Made by a program: the position numbers and the translations under genes. A stretch of 64,000 nucleotides of DNA, taken from a virus. The DNA lies in the IMG/VR virus record IMGVR_UViG_3300045243_000070, positions 1 to 64,000 of that record, one strand, 5' to 3'. Shown in pieces: positions 17,547-26,112 of this stretch (positions within the stretch are counted from its first letter, which is position 1; every line of letters starts with the position of its first letter). Below the pieces are notes generated by a model. That model was given only the letters and a program-made list of their open reading frames with translations. It made no database searches and was not told the DNA's origin.

Positions 17547-18416
17547 TTAAACTGGTACGGCTCCCCCTTCTGGAACAGGGGTTTTTATTTCCCCTGCCGA
17601 TTGTAACAGCATGTTAACCGCTTTTTGGGCTTGTGAGCAAGCCTTGTAAAGCGTGTCCTCCTTTTCCTTCATCCCTTTGCACCATGACGTTATATAGGCC
17701 GTGTGTTGCGTGTCATAGTGAAAGCCCACATAAGCGGACAGGAAAGCCCCTCCCATTTCCGCAACTAATTCTTCAAAAGGCCTTTCCGCTTTATAATCAG
17801 TAAAGCTAGGACGGTTTAAACGCTCTTTCGCCCCTGTCCAGTGAATCAATTCATGAAAAACTGTTGAATAATAACCTTCATCAGTTTTCCACAACGATTT
17901 TTTTGGCACTTCAATGTGAGAGGCATCATTTTTACAAAAAGCAGGGGTTTGTGTAGTTGCGCCATTTTCGATGATCTTAGCCCCTGATAAGAGGATAATT
18001 TTATCCCCTAACACGTTTGGTTTTAATTCCCTTTTGACAATTTCATGGGGTTTCAAACCGTCTACTTGGTCAAGGGAGAAAACTACCGAAGTTTTCATGA
18101 GGGGAAATTTTTCCTTTTTCCCGTCTTTCATTCTTTCCAACATTTGGAAATAAGAAACACAAAAACCCTTAGCCCCCTTTTTAACCTGCCCCCCTGCCTC
18201 GGTTGCTTGTTTGTAGGTTACGAATTGCCCTGTAGTTAATCCGCTACCCTGCAAACCATAAGCAAGGCCTATCACGTTCATTCCCTGATAAGGCCTTTTG
18301 CTTTTCCAATTCATAACCTGCTGGTAAAACCAAGGCATTTCCCAAGGCAAAGACCCTTTTTCCATGTCTTTTAAAACCTTGTCCGCTAATTCCTGCATTT
18401 TCGGTGTTAATCTCAT
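17547..18416 (-). CDS. ardC: ArdC-like antirestriction protein (ssDNA-binding plus zincin-like domain)
   Basis: PWEMPW, RPYQGMN, TYKQA..AGGQVKKG, HELIHWTG and EELVAEMG motifs. Confidence 0.9.
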   Translation of the reverse strand: MRLTPKMQELADKVLKDMEKGSLPWEMPWFYQQVMNWKSKRPYQGMNVIGLAYGLQGSGLTTGQFVTYKQATEAGGQVKKGAKGFCVSYFQMLERMKDGKKEKFPLMKTSVVFSLDQVDGLKPHEIVKRELKPNVLGDKIILLSGAKIIENGATTQTPAFCKNDASHIEVPKKSLWKTDEGYYSTVFHELIHWTGAKERLNRPSFTDYKAERPFEELVAEMGGAFLSAYVGFHYDTQHTAYITSWCKGMKEKEDTLYKACSQAQKAVNMLLQSAGEIKTPVPEGGAVPV

Positions 18417-18428
18417 AACCTGCCCCCT

Positions 18429-18497
18429 TTAAAATTTTTCAAAAGCTAACAGCCCAACACCAAACAACAAAACCACTATAACAAAAACAATTTCCAC
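18429..18497 (-). CDS. 22-aa hydrophobic micropeptide
   Basis: GTG start, AAGGGGG RBS, MEIVFVIVVLLFGVGLLAFEKF. Confidence 0.65.
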   Translation of the reverse strand: MEIVFVIVVLLFGVGLLAFEKF

Positions 18498-18498
18498 G

Positions 18499-18672
18499 TC
18501 AAGCCCCCTTTTCTAATTGTTTAATAATACCGTTTTCAACGGCTTTCACTACCCTTTCACCTATGACACGTCTTTCGGCTTGAAAGGCTCGTAAAACCTC
18601 AATAGGTAAAGGGCTCTTTTCATTCTTGACCCTTTTGACTCTCATTTTTAACAGCTCTTGAAATACGCTCAT
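18499..18672 (-). CDS. 57-aa basic protein
   Basis: ATG with AAGGGGG RBS directly after promoter. Confidence 0.7.
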   Translation of the reverse strand: MSVFQELLKMRVKRVKNEKSPLPIEVLRAFQAERRVIGERVVKAVENGIIKQLEKGA

Positions 18673-18706
18673 AAAGCCCCCTTCAAAACTTATTCCCTAC
18701 ACTTCA

Positions 18707-18734
18707 ATTTTATCAAGCCCTAAAAGATTGTCAA
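18707..18734 (-). promoter_or_regulatory. sigma70-type early promoter of ardC operon
   Basis: TTGACA-16-TAAAAT. Confidence 0.78.
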
Positions 18735-19299
18735 CAAAAAAATTAAATTATTTTAGGGCTTTAAATATAGGCCTTTTAAAATATAAGGGTTTTTAGCCTA
18801 TTTCCCCCATTCTTGCATTTAAAGGCCTATTCCTTGAACGATTATTTATTTAAGCCCCTATCGTATTAAGGCTTAGAGTTTTAAACATACTATTTTTCAA
18901 TTTCAGACTAAAAACTTTTGATTAAATTTTTTAGCTTGACAATTTCAAAAAACTCTGAAGGGCTTTTTACCTCTATCCTACAATTTTGTCTGATTCTACA
19001 AAACTGTAGACTATTCGGCGGATGACCTGCTTTTGCATTCTTTGGGCCTTTCCTTTGATCGAACACCTTTCCCTTATCATCTATCGTTAGTCCTCATTGT
19101 CACTTAAATTAGCCCCTATTATATGCAAACATTTTAGGTGCCTTAAAACGCCATATATTGCAAAAAATAAAACAAAATAATTCGCTCAATTATCTTTTGT
19201 ATGCCATTGACAGGCCCTAATTTTGATTCTAAGGCCCTTTACTTGAACGATTATTTTTATAGGCTATTAAAACAAGCAAGCCCAAACCCCTATAAAAAC

Positions 19300-19335
19300 A
19301 AAAAGCCCCATACTACCCGAGGGGTAGCAGGGGCT
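19300..19335 (-). terminator. Intrinsic terminator
   Basis: AGCCCC..CTACCC/GGGTAG..GGGGCT plus T-run. Confidence 0.7.
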
Positions 19336-19363
19336 AGGCCTATACTAGGGGTAGTGTAGGGTT

Positions 19364-19564
19364 TTAGGAGTATTTAACGTTAATCATCATATTATGGAAA
19401 CCCAGCAAAGCCCTTTTAAAATTGTCATAAAGATAGGACTGCTCAATTTCCCCCTTCCGGTTGACTACTTCAACCCAATATCCCCTAGTCCTGTCAGGGT
19501 TGAGAATTTTAGTATAGGTAATAGCCTTATTCCTGATAACCGCCTCCCTATAGGCTAGGACCAT
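19364..19564 (-). CDS. Hypothetical protein
   Basis: 66 aa. Confidence 0.7.
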   Translation of the reverse strand: MVLAYREAVIRNKAITYTKILNPDRTRGYWVEVVNRKGEIEQSYLYDNFKRALLGFHNMMINVKYS

Positions 19565-19565
19565 A

Positions 19566-19640
19566 TCACACCACCATCAAGAGAACGATATACAACCCGG
19601 CCACTACAAACCCCGCCTTGACTCCTAGTGATACCCTCAT
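19566..19640 (-). CDS. 24-aa hydrophobic micropeptide
   Basis: ATG, AAGGGGG RBS, MRVSLGVKAGFVVAGLYIVLLMVV. Confidence 0.65.
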   Translation of the reverse strand: MRVSLGVKAGFVVAGLYIVLLMVV

Positions 19641-19678
19641 GTGCATCCCCCTTGGTGTGTCTTACTGCCTACATAGAG

Positions 19679-19771
19679 ATAATAACATAAGGGTTTTTAT
19701 TGTCAACAATAAAAATAAAATAAATTAATAAATATTTATATAGTTGACAATTCTAGGGGATATGGTAGTAT
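19679..19771. promoter_or_regulatory. Divergent sigma70-type promoter pair across an AT-rich spacer
   Basis: Minus TTGACA-16-TATTAT (19679-19706); plus TTGACA-16-TAGTAT (19744-19771). Confidence 0.75.
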
Positions 19772-20014
19772 ATGGGCAGGGGGAAACTATGCGATTATAA
19801 AGGGAATATTAAACATCTACAATTTTGTAGAACTATACCAAAATGTTTGGGTCCCATCGGTCCTAGACAAGGTGGAGCACGAAGCCTTCGAGGAGGTGCG
19901 GAATCTTATGGATGTTATAAGAATGATGAAGAGAAGGAAAGCACAGAAAAAGGAGTCCCTTTTGGGTCCTACTTCTGGGGCTCCCTTAAAATTTTAAAAA
20001 TGCATCATATTTTC

Positions 20015-20043
20015 TTGACATAGGGACTCCAGCGTGGTATACT
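20015..20043 (+). promoter_or_regulatory. sigma70-type promoter of HNH-AP2 gene
   Basis: TTGACA-17-TATACT, TG extension. Confidence 0.85.
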
Positions 20044-20070
20044 TACAGTAATACTTACCGAGGAGTTTGT

Positions 20071-20535
20071 ATGAGAGAGATAAAGCTGACCCAGGGAGAA
20101 GTGGCCCTGATTGATGATATTGATTTTGAATTAGTCAGTGGATATAAGTGGCACTGTTATAAAGGGGCCTACACAAAATATGCAATTTCTGGGTGTAGAA
20201 AAAATAAAGTTTATATGCACAGGTTAGTGGCAGGCGCTACTGACCCTAAAACAGACGTTGACCATAAAAATTCGGACGGCTTGTGCAATTTAAGGTCTAA
20301 TCTAAGAATAATTACTCATCAACAAAATACATTTAATAAAAGGCTGTCTAAGTCAAATACTTCGGGATTTAAGGGGGTGTGTTTTGATAAGGAGAAAGGA
20401 AAGTGGAAATCTAAAATTAAATTGAATGGAGTAGACATTCATATTGGTTATTTTAAAGATAAAGAGGATGCTGCAAAAGCCTACGATTTAAAAGCGAAAG
20501 AATTGTTCGGGGAGTTTGCAAGAACTAATTTTTAA
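20071..20535 (+). CDS. HNH-AP2 homing endonuclease
   Basis: MHRLV..VDHKN..NLRSNLR plus NTSGFKGV..AAKAYD AP2 domain. Confidence 0.92.
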   Translation: MREIKLTQGEVALIDDIDFELVSGYKWHCYKGAYTKYAISGCRKNKVYMHRLVAGATDPKTDVDHKNSDGLCNLRSNLRIITHQQNTFNKRLSKSNTSGFKGVCFDKEKGKWKSKIKLNGVDIHIGYFKDKEDAAKAYDLKAKELFGEFARTNF

Positions 20536-20671
20536 GCTATTCTCCTGGCTTACAATTATCTAGGAATTTACCTAGAACGTAACCCATATCGTCAGGTATA
20601 TATTCCGCCGAGGAACTGTCCGATAAATCCGTGCTGTCGACTAACCCATAGGGTTCGTTTAAGGAGTTGTC

Positions 20672-21163
20672 TTGAAATATATTATTACTTCCAACGGGGA
20701 TCGGGTCCTTGTCAGCGACCGGGACTACCCCAAGGTTGTCAATCTCTGCTGGTCCACACTCAAGTCCAAGAACCATGGCCTTAAATACGCTAGGCGTACA
20801 TTCCCCGGTGGACGCCACGTCTTCATGCACCGGTTTATACTCAACGTCGGTCCTGGGGTAACCATTGATCATAGAAACCGAAATGGTATTGATAATCGTC
20901 GCTCCAATCTGCGTCGGTGTAGCCACTCTCAAAACCTCTTTAATTCAAAATTAAGAACCAATAATAAATCCGGGTTCAAGGGGGTCTCCTGGAACAAATT
21001 CCATAAAGCCTGGATGGTTAAAATCCGCTTTGAAAATAACCACATACATCTAGGCTATTTTCACAATAAAATCAAGGGTGCCATTGAATATGACCGTAAT
21101 GCCAAAAGGCTTTTCGGTAAATTCGCACGGCTTAACTTTCCTCGGCGCAAGACCCCTCAATAA
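20672..21163 (+). CDS. HNH-AP2 homing endonuclease
   Basis: TTG start with AAGGAG; MHRFI..IDHRNRNGIDNRRSNLR plus AP2 domain. Confidence 0.9.
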   Translation: MKYIITSNGDRVLVSDRDYPKVVNLCWSTLKSKNHGLKYARRTFPGGRHVFMHRFILNVGPGVTIDHRNRNGIDNRRSNLRRCSHSQNLFNSKLRTNNKSGFKGVSWNKFHKAWMVKIRFENNHIHLGYFHNKIKGAIEYDRNAKRLFGKFARLNFPRRKTPQ

Positions 21164-22939
21164 ACGCCATTTACAGCACTCATGTTTATTGTCACCGATC
21201 TTATACTATAAAGAATTTCTACCTCACCTTTGTCGTTATAAAAGACGTCATTAATTTTAAAATAACTTATTCTGTCTTGTTTCCTAAGGTTGTATAGGTA
21301 ATTTTCATATATAGCCCAGTGATAATCGAGTTCGGAATATAATTCGGCGTTCAAGGTGTTCCTTTTCCACAATTCCAGCATTTCTTATGTTTACCCTTAT
21401 TTTTATAGTGACAGCCCCAGCACATCCAACCCGCACCCAAGAATATCTTGGCTAATATTCCGGCATTACGGCTTATAAGCTTTTGTTTTTTAGTGGCTTG
21501 CCTTATTCCCACTTAAGTGGTCCTCTTTTCTTGCAGGAATTTATAATATTCTGCCCTCTCAACTGCTTGTTCCGCTAAGCCCCCCAAATCAATACAGCAG
21601 GCAGCTAATTTTGAAGCTAAGGCCCACTCTTTTTTACCGGCTGTTTCCCTAAGAAAGTCCCAAGATAGCCCATAGGACGCAATTATCTTATCCTCGGGGC
21701 CGTTGGGGTATTTAAGGGCCATTAATCGCTTTTCAAGTTCGTTGTCGTCTGAAGGTTCGGCGGTCAAGATGGCCTCTTTTTTTCGAATATTCCCATCCCA
21801 TCAATTCGGGCTTTTAATTCTTCGTTTGTTTCCCCAGGGAGGCGGGTAATGTCGAACACCTCAGCGCCAGGACGGTCAAATAAATACCATTCCAATAATT
21901 TCTGGTCTTCAGCGTTCACTGAATTCCCTCTTTCGTGGTTCCCATAAGCTCCAAAATGGGTTCGGGCAATAATAGCCGGGTCCAAGGGGAGCGTATTCCA
22001 GGTATTTCGAGTGCAGGTGGCTGGATTTAACCAGCTTGCAGACCCGGCAAGTTAAAGAGCGTTTTCTTTTAATAATTTTCGGCTTCAAGAGAGCCTCTTT
22101 TCCGTGAATATTCCACCCGTCAGGCTGTCTTCCTGAATTGTTCCCCGGCAAAACCAGGAAACTCCATTTTTATTAAGTGGATTTCCAATTAATAAATGAT
22201 TTCTTTTTAATCTCCCGCAAAGGGCGCAGGTAAAATCCCTGGTTAAGCTCTCATTCAGGGCATTTAATAAATAATCTGCCTGAAATACCGATAAATGGCC
22301 CACAATAAAATTCCCAGAGTCAGCTACAACCCAGGCTGTCTTGCTCCTGCACTTGCCGGGGGCGTATTTTCTCCCGCTCTTTTTATGTCTGGCCTCACGA
22401 ACAGCCATTTCAGCTGGCGTAAGGGGAATAAAATGCTCGTCACTCCGGTATTTCCTGAACGGAGGCTTGAATAATGGGTTAAATGGCACTCAATTCCCTT
22501 TTATTTATTTTTTGGAGCTGGGCTTTCAAGGTGGCCTCAAAATATGCCTTGGTTATTCCCACCCATTCTTTTTCGCTGCCCTCAGACCTATTTAATTGGT
22601 CTATCCCAAAAGAGGAATTGAAGGTGATGCTGAAATAATCCTGGGCCGGGGTTATGTCACCTTCCTGTTTTTGGAATATGGTGCATTCCAAGACGCCTTC
22701 ACATCTGGCCCCGGTGATGTGGACCCAGCGCCTGCCCTGGGAGTCCCGATAATACTTCCCAAGGTAGCTTTTTTCGAGAACCTTCTTGGCCTGGACATCG
22801 GCAATATTGCAGAACTTGTACATTTCACTGTAAAGCTTCTGGTTGGACTTGTAGTCCTTCAGGTATTTCTTCCGAATAGCCTTATATTTCGTGGCATCTT
22901 CCGGTGATAGGTATTTTAAAGGCACTTTGTCAATTTGCA
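21157..22939 (-). other. Run of small hypothetical CDS (21157..21381, 21513..21767, 21764.., 21909.., 22085..22489, 22479..~22940)
   Basis: Tightly packed minus-strand ORFs; starts uncertain. Confidence 0.6.
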
Positions 22940-23418
22940 TTGCTTTCCTTCTTTCTGCCCATTTCGTTTTTAAGCCCGATCTCTGTACGGTAGAAGCTAC
23001 GAGCCATTTGACCCACAATCGCCCACGTAGGACGAACCTTGTCCCTAAATTCGGCCTGTAGGGTACGTTCTGTCCACAGTCCAATAGGCCCTTGAGTCAC
23101 TTCGATCAATCCACACAGGTGTGGTATCTCCTCAGGCTTAATAATGCCTTTTGGGGCCACAAACCAGAACTGGTTACTTATTGCCATCGCCATGCGCCTC
23201 TTAAGTGGCTTTTTCAGCTCTGAAAGCCAGTCCGCTCTGGACACCTTCACCTCGTAAGAGTGGGCAATCAGGCCATCAGCTGTAGAACAACTCAAAGCCC
23301 ACAGGTCAATCTTTCTACCCTCACCCTTATACCCTACACTTCTCATTTCAGTAACGCAAGCCCAGTGAGATGCTGGGTGAAGTGATTTCAAAGCTCTGAT
23401 TATTTCTTGAGAAGTCAC
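22930..23418 (-). CDS. MmcB-like PD-(D/E)XK nuclease
   Basis: IDLWAL..YEVKVSRADWLSE..FWFVAP..GLI. Confidence 0.75.
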   Translation of the reverse strand: MTSQEIIRALKSLHPASHWACVTEMRSVGYKGEGRKIDLWALSCSTADGLIAHSYEVKVSRADWLSELKKPLKRRMAMAISNQFWFVAPKGIIKPEEIPHLCGLIEVTQGPIGLWTERTLQAEFRDKVRPTWAIVGQMARSFYRTEIGLKNEMGRKKESNAN

Positions 23419-23432
23419 TCTTGCTGGTTCCT

Positions 23433-24327
23433 TTAAAATCTAGCGGTTACGGATAATTTCTTCCCATCAAATTCTGGGAACAACACATCTAGTCCGAGAC
23501 ACACGGATAAAGAGCATCCGGCGCTCAGAGCGAACCTGCCGAGATTAGGTGGGCCATCTAGCCAAGTGAACATTTCAGGTAAACATCCACCAGCCACGAT
23601 TACGATTCTCATAGCGTCTGGCTTTATAGCGTTTTCGTTTAAGGTTCCATTGGATTTACCATCCCTATAAACTATGAGATAAGCTCCATAGCCTACAAGA
23701 GAAAACCCAGTGGCTGCTTTAAGACTCATTGGGATTTCATCGGCCTTTAAATAGGTAGGGGACAGAAGTAGGATTAAAGCCAGCAGAACCTTTTTAATCA
23801 TTTTGATTCCTCAGTGGCCCAGATGAGATAGAACCAATCCTCATCACCCATGACAATTTTTATGTCTTTGGCGCTACACGAGATTTCATTTAACCTTGAC
23901 ACAAGGGAAGCTTGCGTCAAAAACTTTTCGGAATGCCAGACGAGGCATAGTGCCAACATGTAAATTGAGACCCATTTCTTCATTTTGATTTCCTCTTTCT
24001 TTTTTTATCTAAAGGTTTCCAAGCATCACTGTGAACCAATCTCGACCCTGGAAAATACAGCGGTAATTTTCCATAAGCCTTTTCGTACCTATACTGAAAA
24101 GCTTTTAGCAGAAGCCACACATCGTGTGTAACCTTTTTATTCTCAGCGAACTGAGATTGGTGATACATCGCACACATGGTTGCGAAAGCGTCACAAATAA
24201 CTTTTTGTTGGTCAATCTTCATAAGGTTCCTCTCCACACTTACTACACATCGCATACCAATCTCCAGGGCCAGCGGGAGTATCCGGTTCTTTTTTAGATA
24301 TAATCTTCCCACCACATCCTTTGACAC
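23433..24327 (-). other. Three small CDS, two with signal or membrane segments (23433..23801, 23798..23983, 23980..24327)
   Basis: Overlapping ORFs, hydrophobic N-termini in the first two. Confidence 0.65.
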
Positions 24328-24589
24328 TACATATTATAATGTTAGGGCTGATAGTATTTAACCTAACCTCAGATATTTTTTTGCCCTTGAACCCACTCTT
24401 AGCCTGTCTACAATCTTCCCCTTTATCACAAATACAGTAATTATCTTTTGATAATTTTATAAACTCAACTTTCATAAACCCATCCTCACATTTTTCACAG
24501 TCCGTTGGGTAATAGAAGTCATAGCTGTCATCGTCATCCCAATAATCTTCGCTCCGAAAATCATCGGACTCTCTATACCCATCACCCAT
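24212..24589 (-). CDS. Zn-finger protein with shared SKDNYC module
   Basis: CEKCEDGFMKVEFIKLSKDNYCIC. Confidence 0.75.
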   Translation of the reverse strand: MGDGYRESDDFRSEDYWDDDDSYDFYYPTDCEKCEDGFMKVEFIKLSKDNYCICDKGEDCRQAKSGFKGKKISEVRLNTISPNIIICSVKGCGGKIISKKEPDTPAGPGDWYAMCSKCGEEPYED

Positions 24590-24923
24590 TCAACTTCTCC
24601 TTGAGCCTGTCTCGAAGCTTATTTCCTTCCAAGCAAGTACAGTAATTATCCTTCGATTCTTTCAAAAAGTCAAGCTTTAAAATGCCCTCACTACACTTTA
24701 CGCAAATCCCCCCAAGTCTGGCAGATAATGAATCTATGATAAAGGCTGAATGGAAAGGTTCCAACATCGTTTCCATCATTCTACGTTGAATTTCATCCCT
24801 ATGTCTTGAAAACCTGTAGTATATACTTTCTTTTCCTTCCTGAGCTGCCCAGTCAATTTTTGGAAGTTCCCAATCAACAATCCTTTGATTTGCTAAGTCG
24901 GCCCAATCGCCTTTCATACTCAT
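24582..24923 (-). CDS. Zn-finger protein with shared SKDNYC module
   Basis: CVKCSEGILKLDFLKESKDNYCTC. Confidence 0.8.
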   Translation of the reverse strand: MSMKGDWADLANQRIVDWELPKIDWAAQEGKESIYYRFSRHRDEIQRRMMETMLEPFHSAFIIDSLSARLGGICVKCSEGILKLDFLKESKDNYCTCLEGNKLRDRLKEKLNG

Positions 24924-25564
24924 TTAGAGCCAACTTTCTGCTGTTTTCTCAGCTTTTTACCTTCATCACATTTGCAGTAGTTGTCTTTTGATTCATTAAT
25001 ATATTCCATCTTCAATAAGCCCTCACTACACTTTGTGCAAGGGCCTGGGTCTGAGTATCTTGAACCAAACCCGTTGAAATCATCTACCGTCCCATAACTC
25101 ATAGGTCTCCCGTACATGACGCTGAGGTCATACTGCCCCCTAGCTATGTATTGGTTAAATTGGGAAGAAAATAACATTGTCGGCCCATGTGTAAACTCAT
25201 ATCGTGTTCCTGGGTGTGAGCATATTACGGAGCCTACGTGTCTAAATGATTGGACCGTACTACCACAAACATGGCAGAGAGATTGAACAATGTCCATTGA
25301 GTCTGGGTCTGTAGTTTTTTCTACTAAAAATTTTACATTTAGTGGTTTTTGGTATGGGGAGGAGAAGCCTTGCAAAAAATCAATACACTCACGCATTCCC
25401 CTCGTTGTTCCAGCTGCAGTGTAGATGAAAAAAGTAGTTGAGTTAGATAAGCCCAATAATCCGTTTGGATTATCTACAAAATGAATGTCGGTAGGATTAA
25501 ATCTGTACATCTTACAGACTTGAAAGAAGACATCCATGTTGGGACATATTAAAATTTGTGTCAT
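24920..25564 (-). CDS. Zn-finger protein with shared SKDNYC module
   Basis: CTKCSEGLLKMEYINESKDNYCKC. Confidence 0.8.
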   Translation of the reverse strand: MTQILICPNMDVFFQVCKMYRFNPTDIHFVDNPNGLLGLSNSTTFFIYTAAGTTRGMRECIDFLQGFSSPYQKPLNVKFLVEKTTDPDSMDIVQSLCHVCGSTVQSFRHVGSVICSHPGTRYEFTHGPTMLFSSQFNQYIARGQYDLSVMYGRPMSYGTVDDFNGFGSRYSDPGPCTKCSEGLLKMEYINESKDNYCKCDEGKKLRKQQKVGSK

Positions 25565-26112
25565 TGTTTAAATCCTCTAAAAGTCAGACTTATTCTTTCT
25601 CCACATAAAAAGCTTGCTTTCGGAATCCTATGAAGGTGGGTTTCTTGCATTCCCGCACCCATTAATAACAAGCTTCCAGACTCTAATTTCTGTTTTTCGA
25701 TTTTGGTTTTGTCATCGTTAGGACAAAACCATATTTCCCGCTCAGTGCCGAGGCTGATAACAGCTATAGGCTTATTGTCGTCTATTTCAGGTGAATCGTC
25801 CGCATGCCAACCTAGTTGGTCACGATTGTTCAGGTATAGATTTAAGAAGCAAATGTCAAAATGAACTCTCACGGAGTTAAAAAGCTCACCGAATATGAAA
25901 TCAATTGACGGAATTGAAATGGATGGCATGTAAGTACGTATTCCAACACCTTTACCATAAGTATATGGGAAGTTTCCAGCTCGATTGATGTAATACTCTG
26001 AACGAGGAGTGAACTCGTGTCTTTTCCATTGAAGATTAATTCTCAAATCTTCAAATAACCCAGTTGGGTCTTGTATAAATTTAGACGTGTATTTTACGGG
26101 TGCGTTTACCAT
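25561..26112 (-). CDS. AlkB-family 2OG-Fe(II) dioxygenase
   Basis: LNLY..GWHADD..ISLG..HRIPK..RISLTFR; probable ATG at 26112. Confidence 0.9.
   Translation of the reverse strand: MVNAPVKYTSKFIQDPTGLFEDLRINLQWKRHEFTPRSEYYINRAGNFPYTYGKGVGIRTYMPSISIPSIDFIFGELFNSVRVHFDICFLNLYLNNRDQLGWHADDSPEIDDNKPIAVISLGTEREIWFCPNDDKTKIEKQKLESGSLLLMGAGMQETHLHRIPKASFLCGERISLTFRGFKQ

Larger units (their letters stand above)
10627..19255. repeat. Dispersed ~34-bp intergenic motif, about 9 copies
   Basis: Consensus AAWAATCGTTCAAG-N4/5-GCCCWWWRAATGCAA; + orientation at 10627, 10896, 11179, 14046; inverted at 15873, 17421 (half), 18813, 19033, 19223. Confidence 0.8.
15449..19831. repeat. Palindromic operator-like motif TCTACA-N4-TGTAGA, 3 perfect copies
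   Basis: 15449-15464, 18995-19010 and 19816-19831, all non-coding. Confidence 0.8.

Noticed and set aside
10627-19255. 34-bp motif as a CRISPR repeat, attC site or sigma28 promoter
   Set aside because: Dispersed and degenerate with no regular spacers, no attC-like dyad, and TAAA-to-GCCGAT spacing in the best copy is 13 rather than 15
6-19564. Plus-strand ORFs in the early region (e.g. 6..341, 3439..4185, 5553..6107, 9477..10022)
   Set aside because: Antisense shadows of minus-strand genes that have promoters, RBS and paralogs
19772-20023. 83-aa plus-strand ORF after the divergent promoter
   Set aside because: Its ATG directly abuts the -10 box, upstream of the expected start site; no RBS; it contains the palindrome; likely non-coding
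20537-20932. Minus-strand 131-aa ORF
   Set aside because: Largely antisense to a clear HNH-AP2 gene
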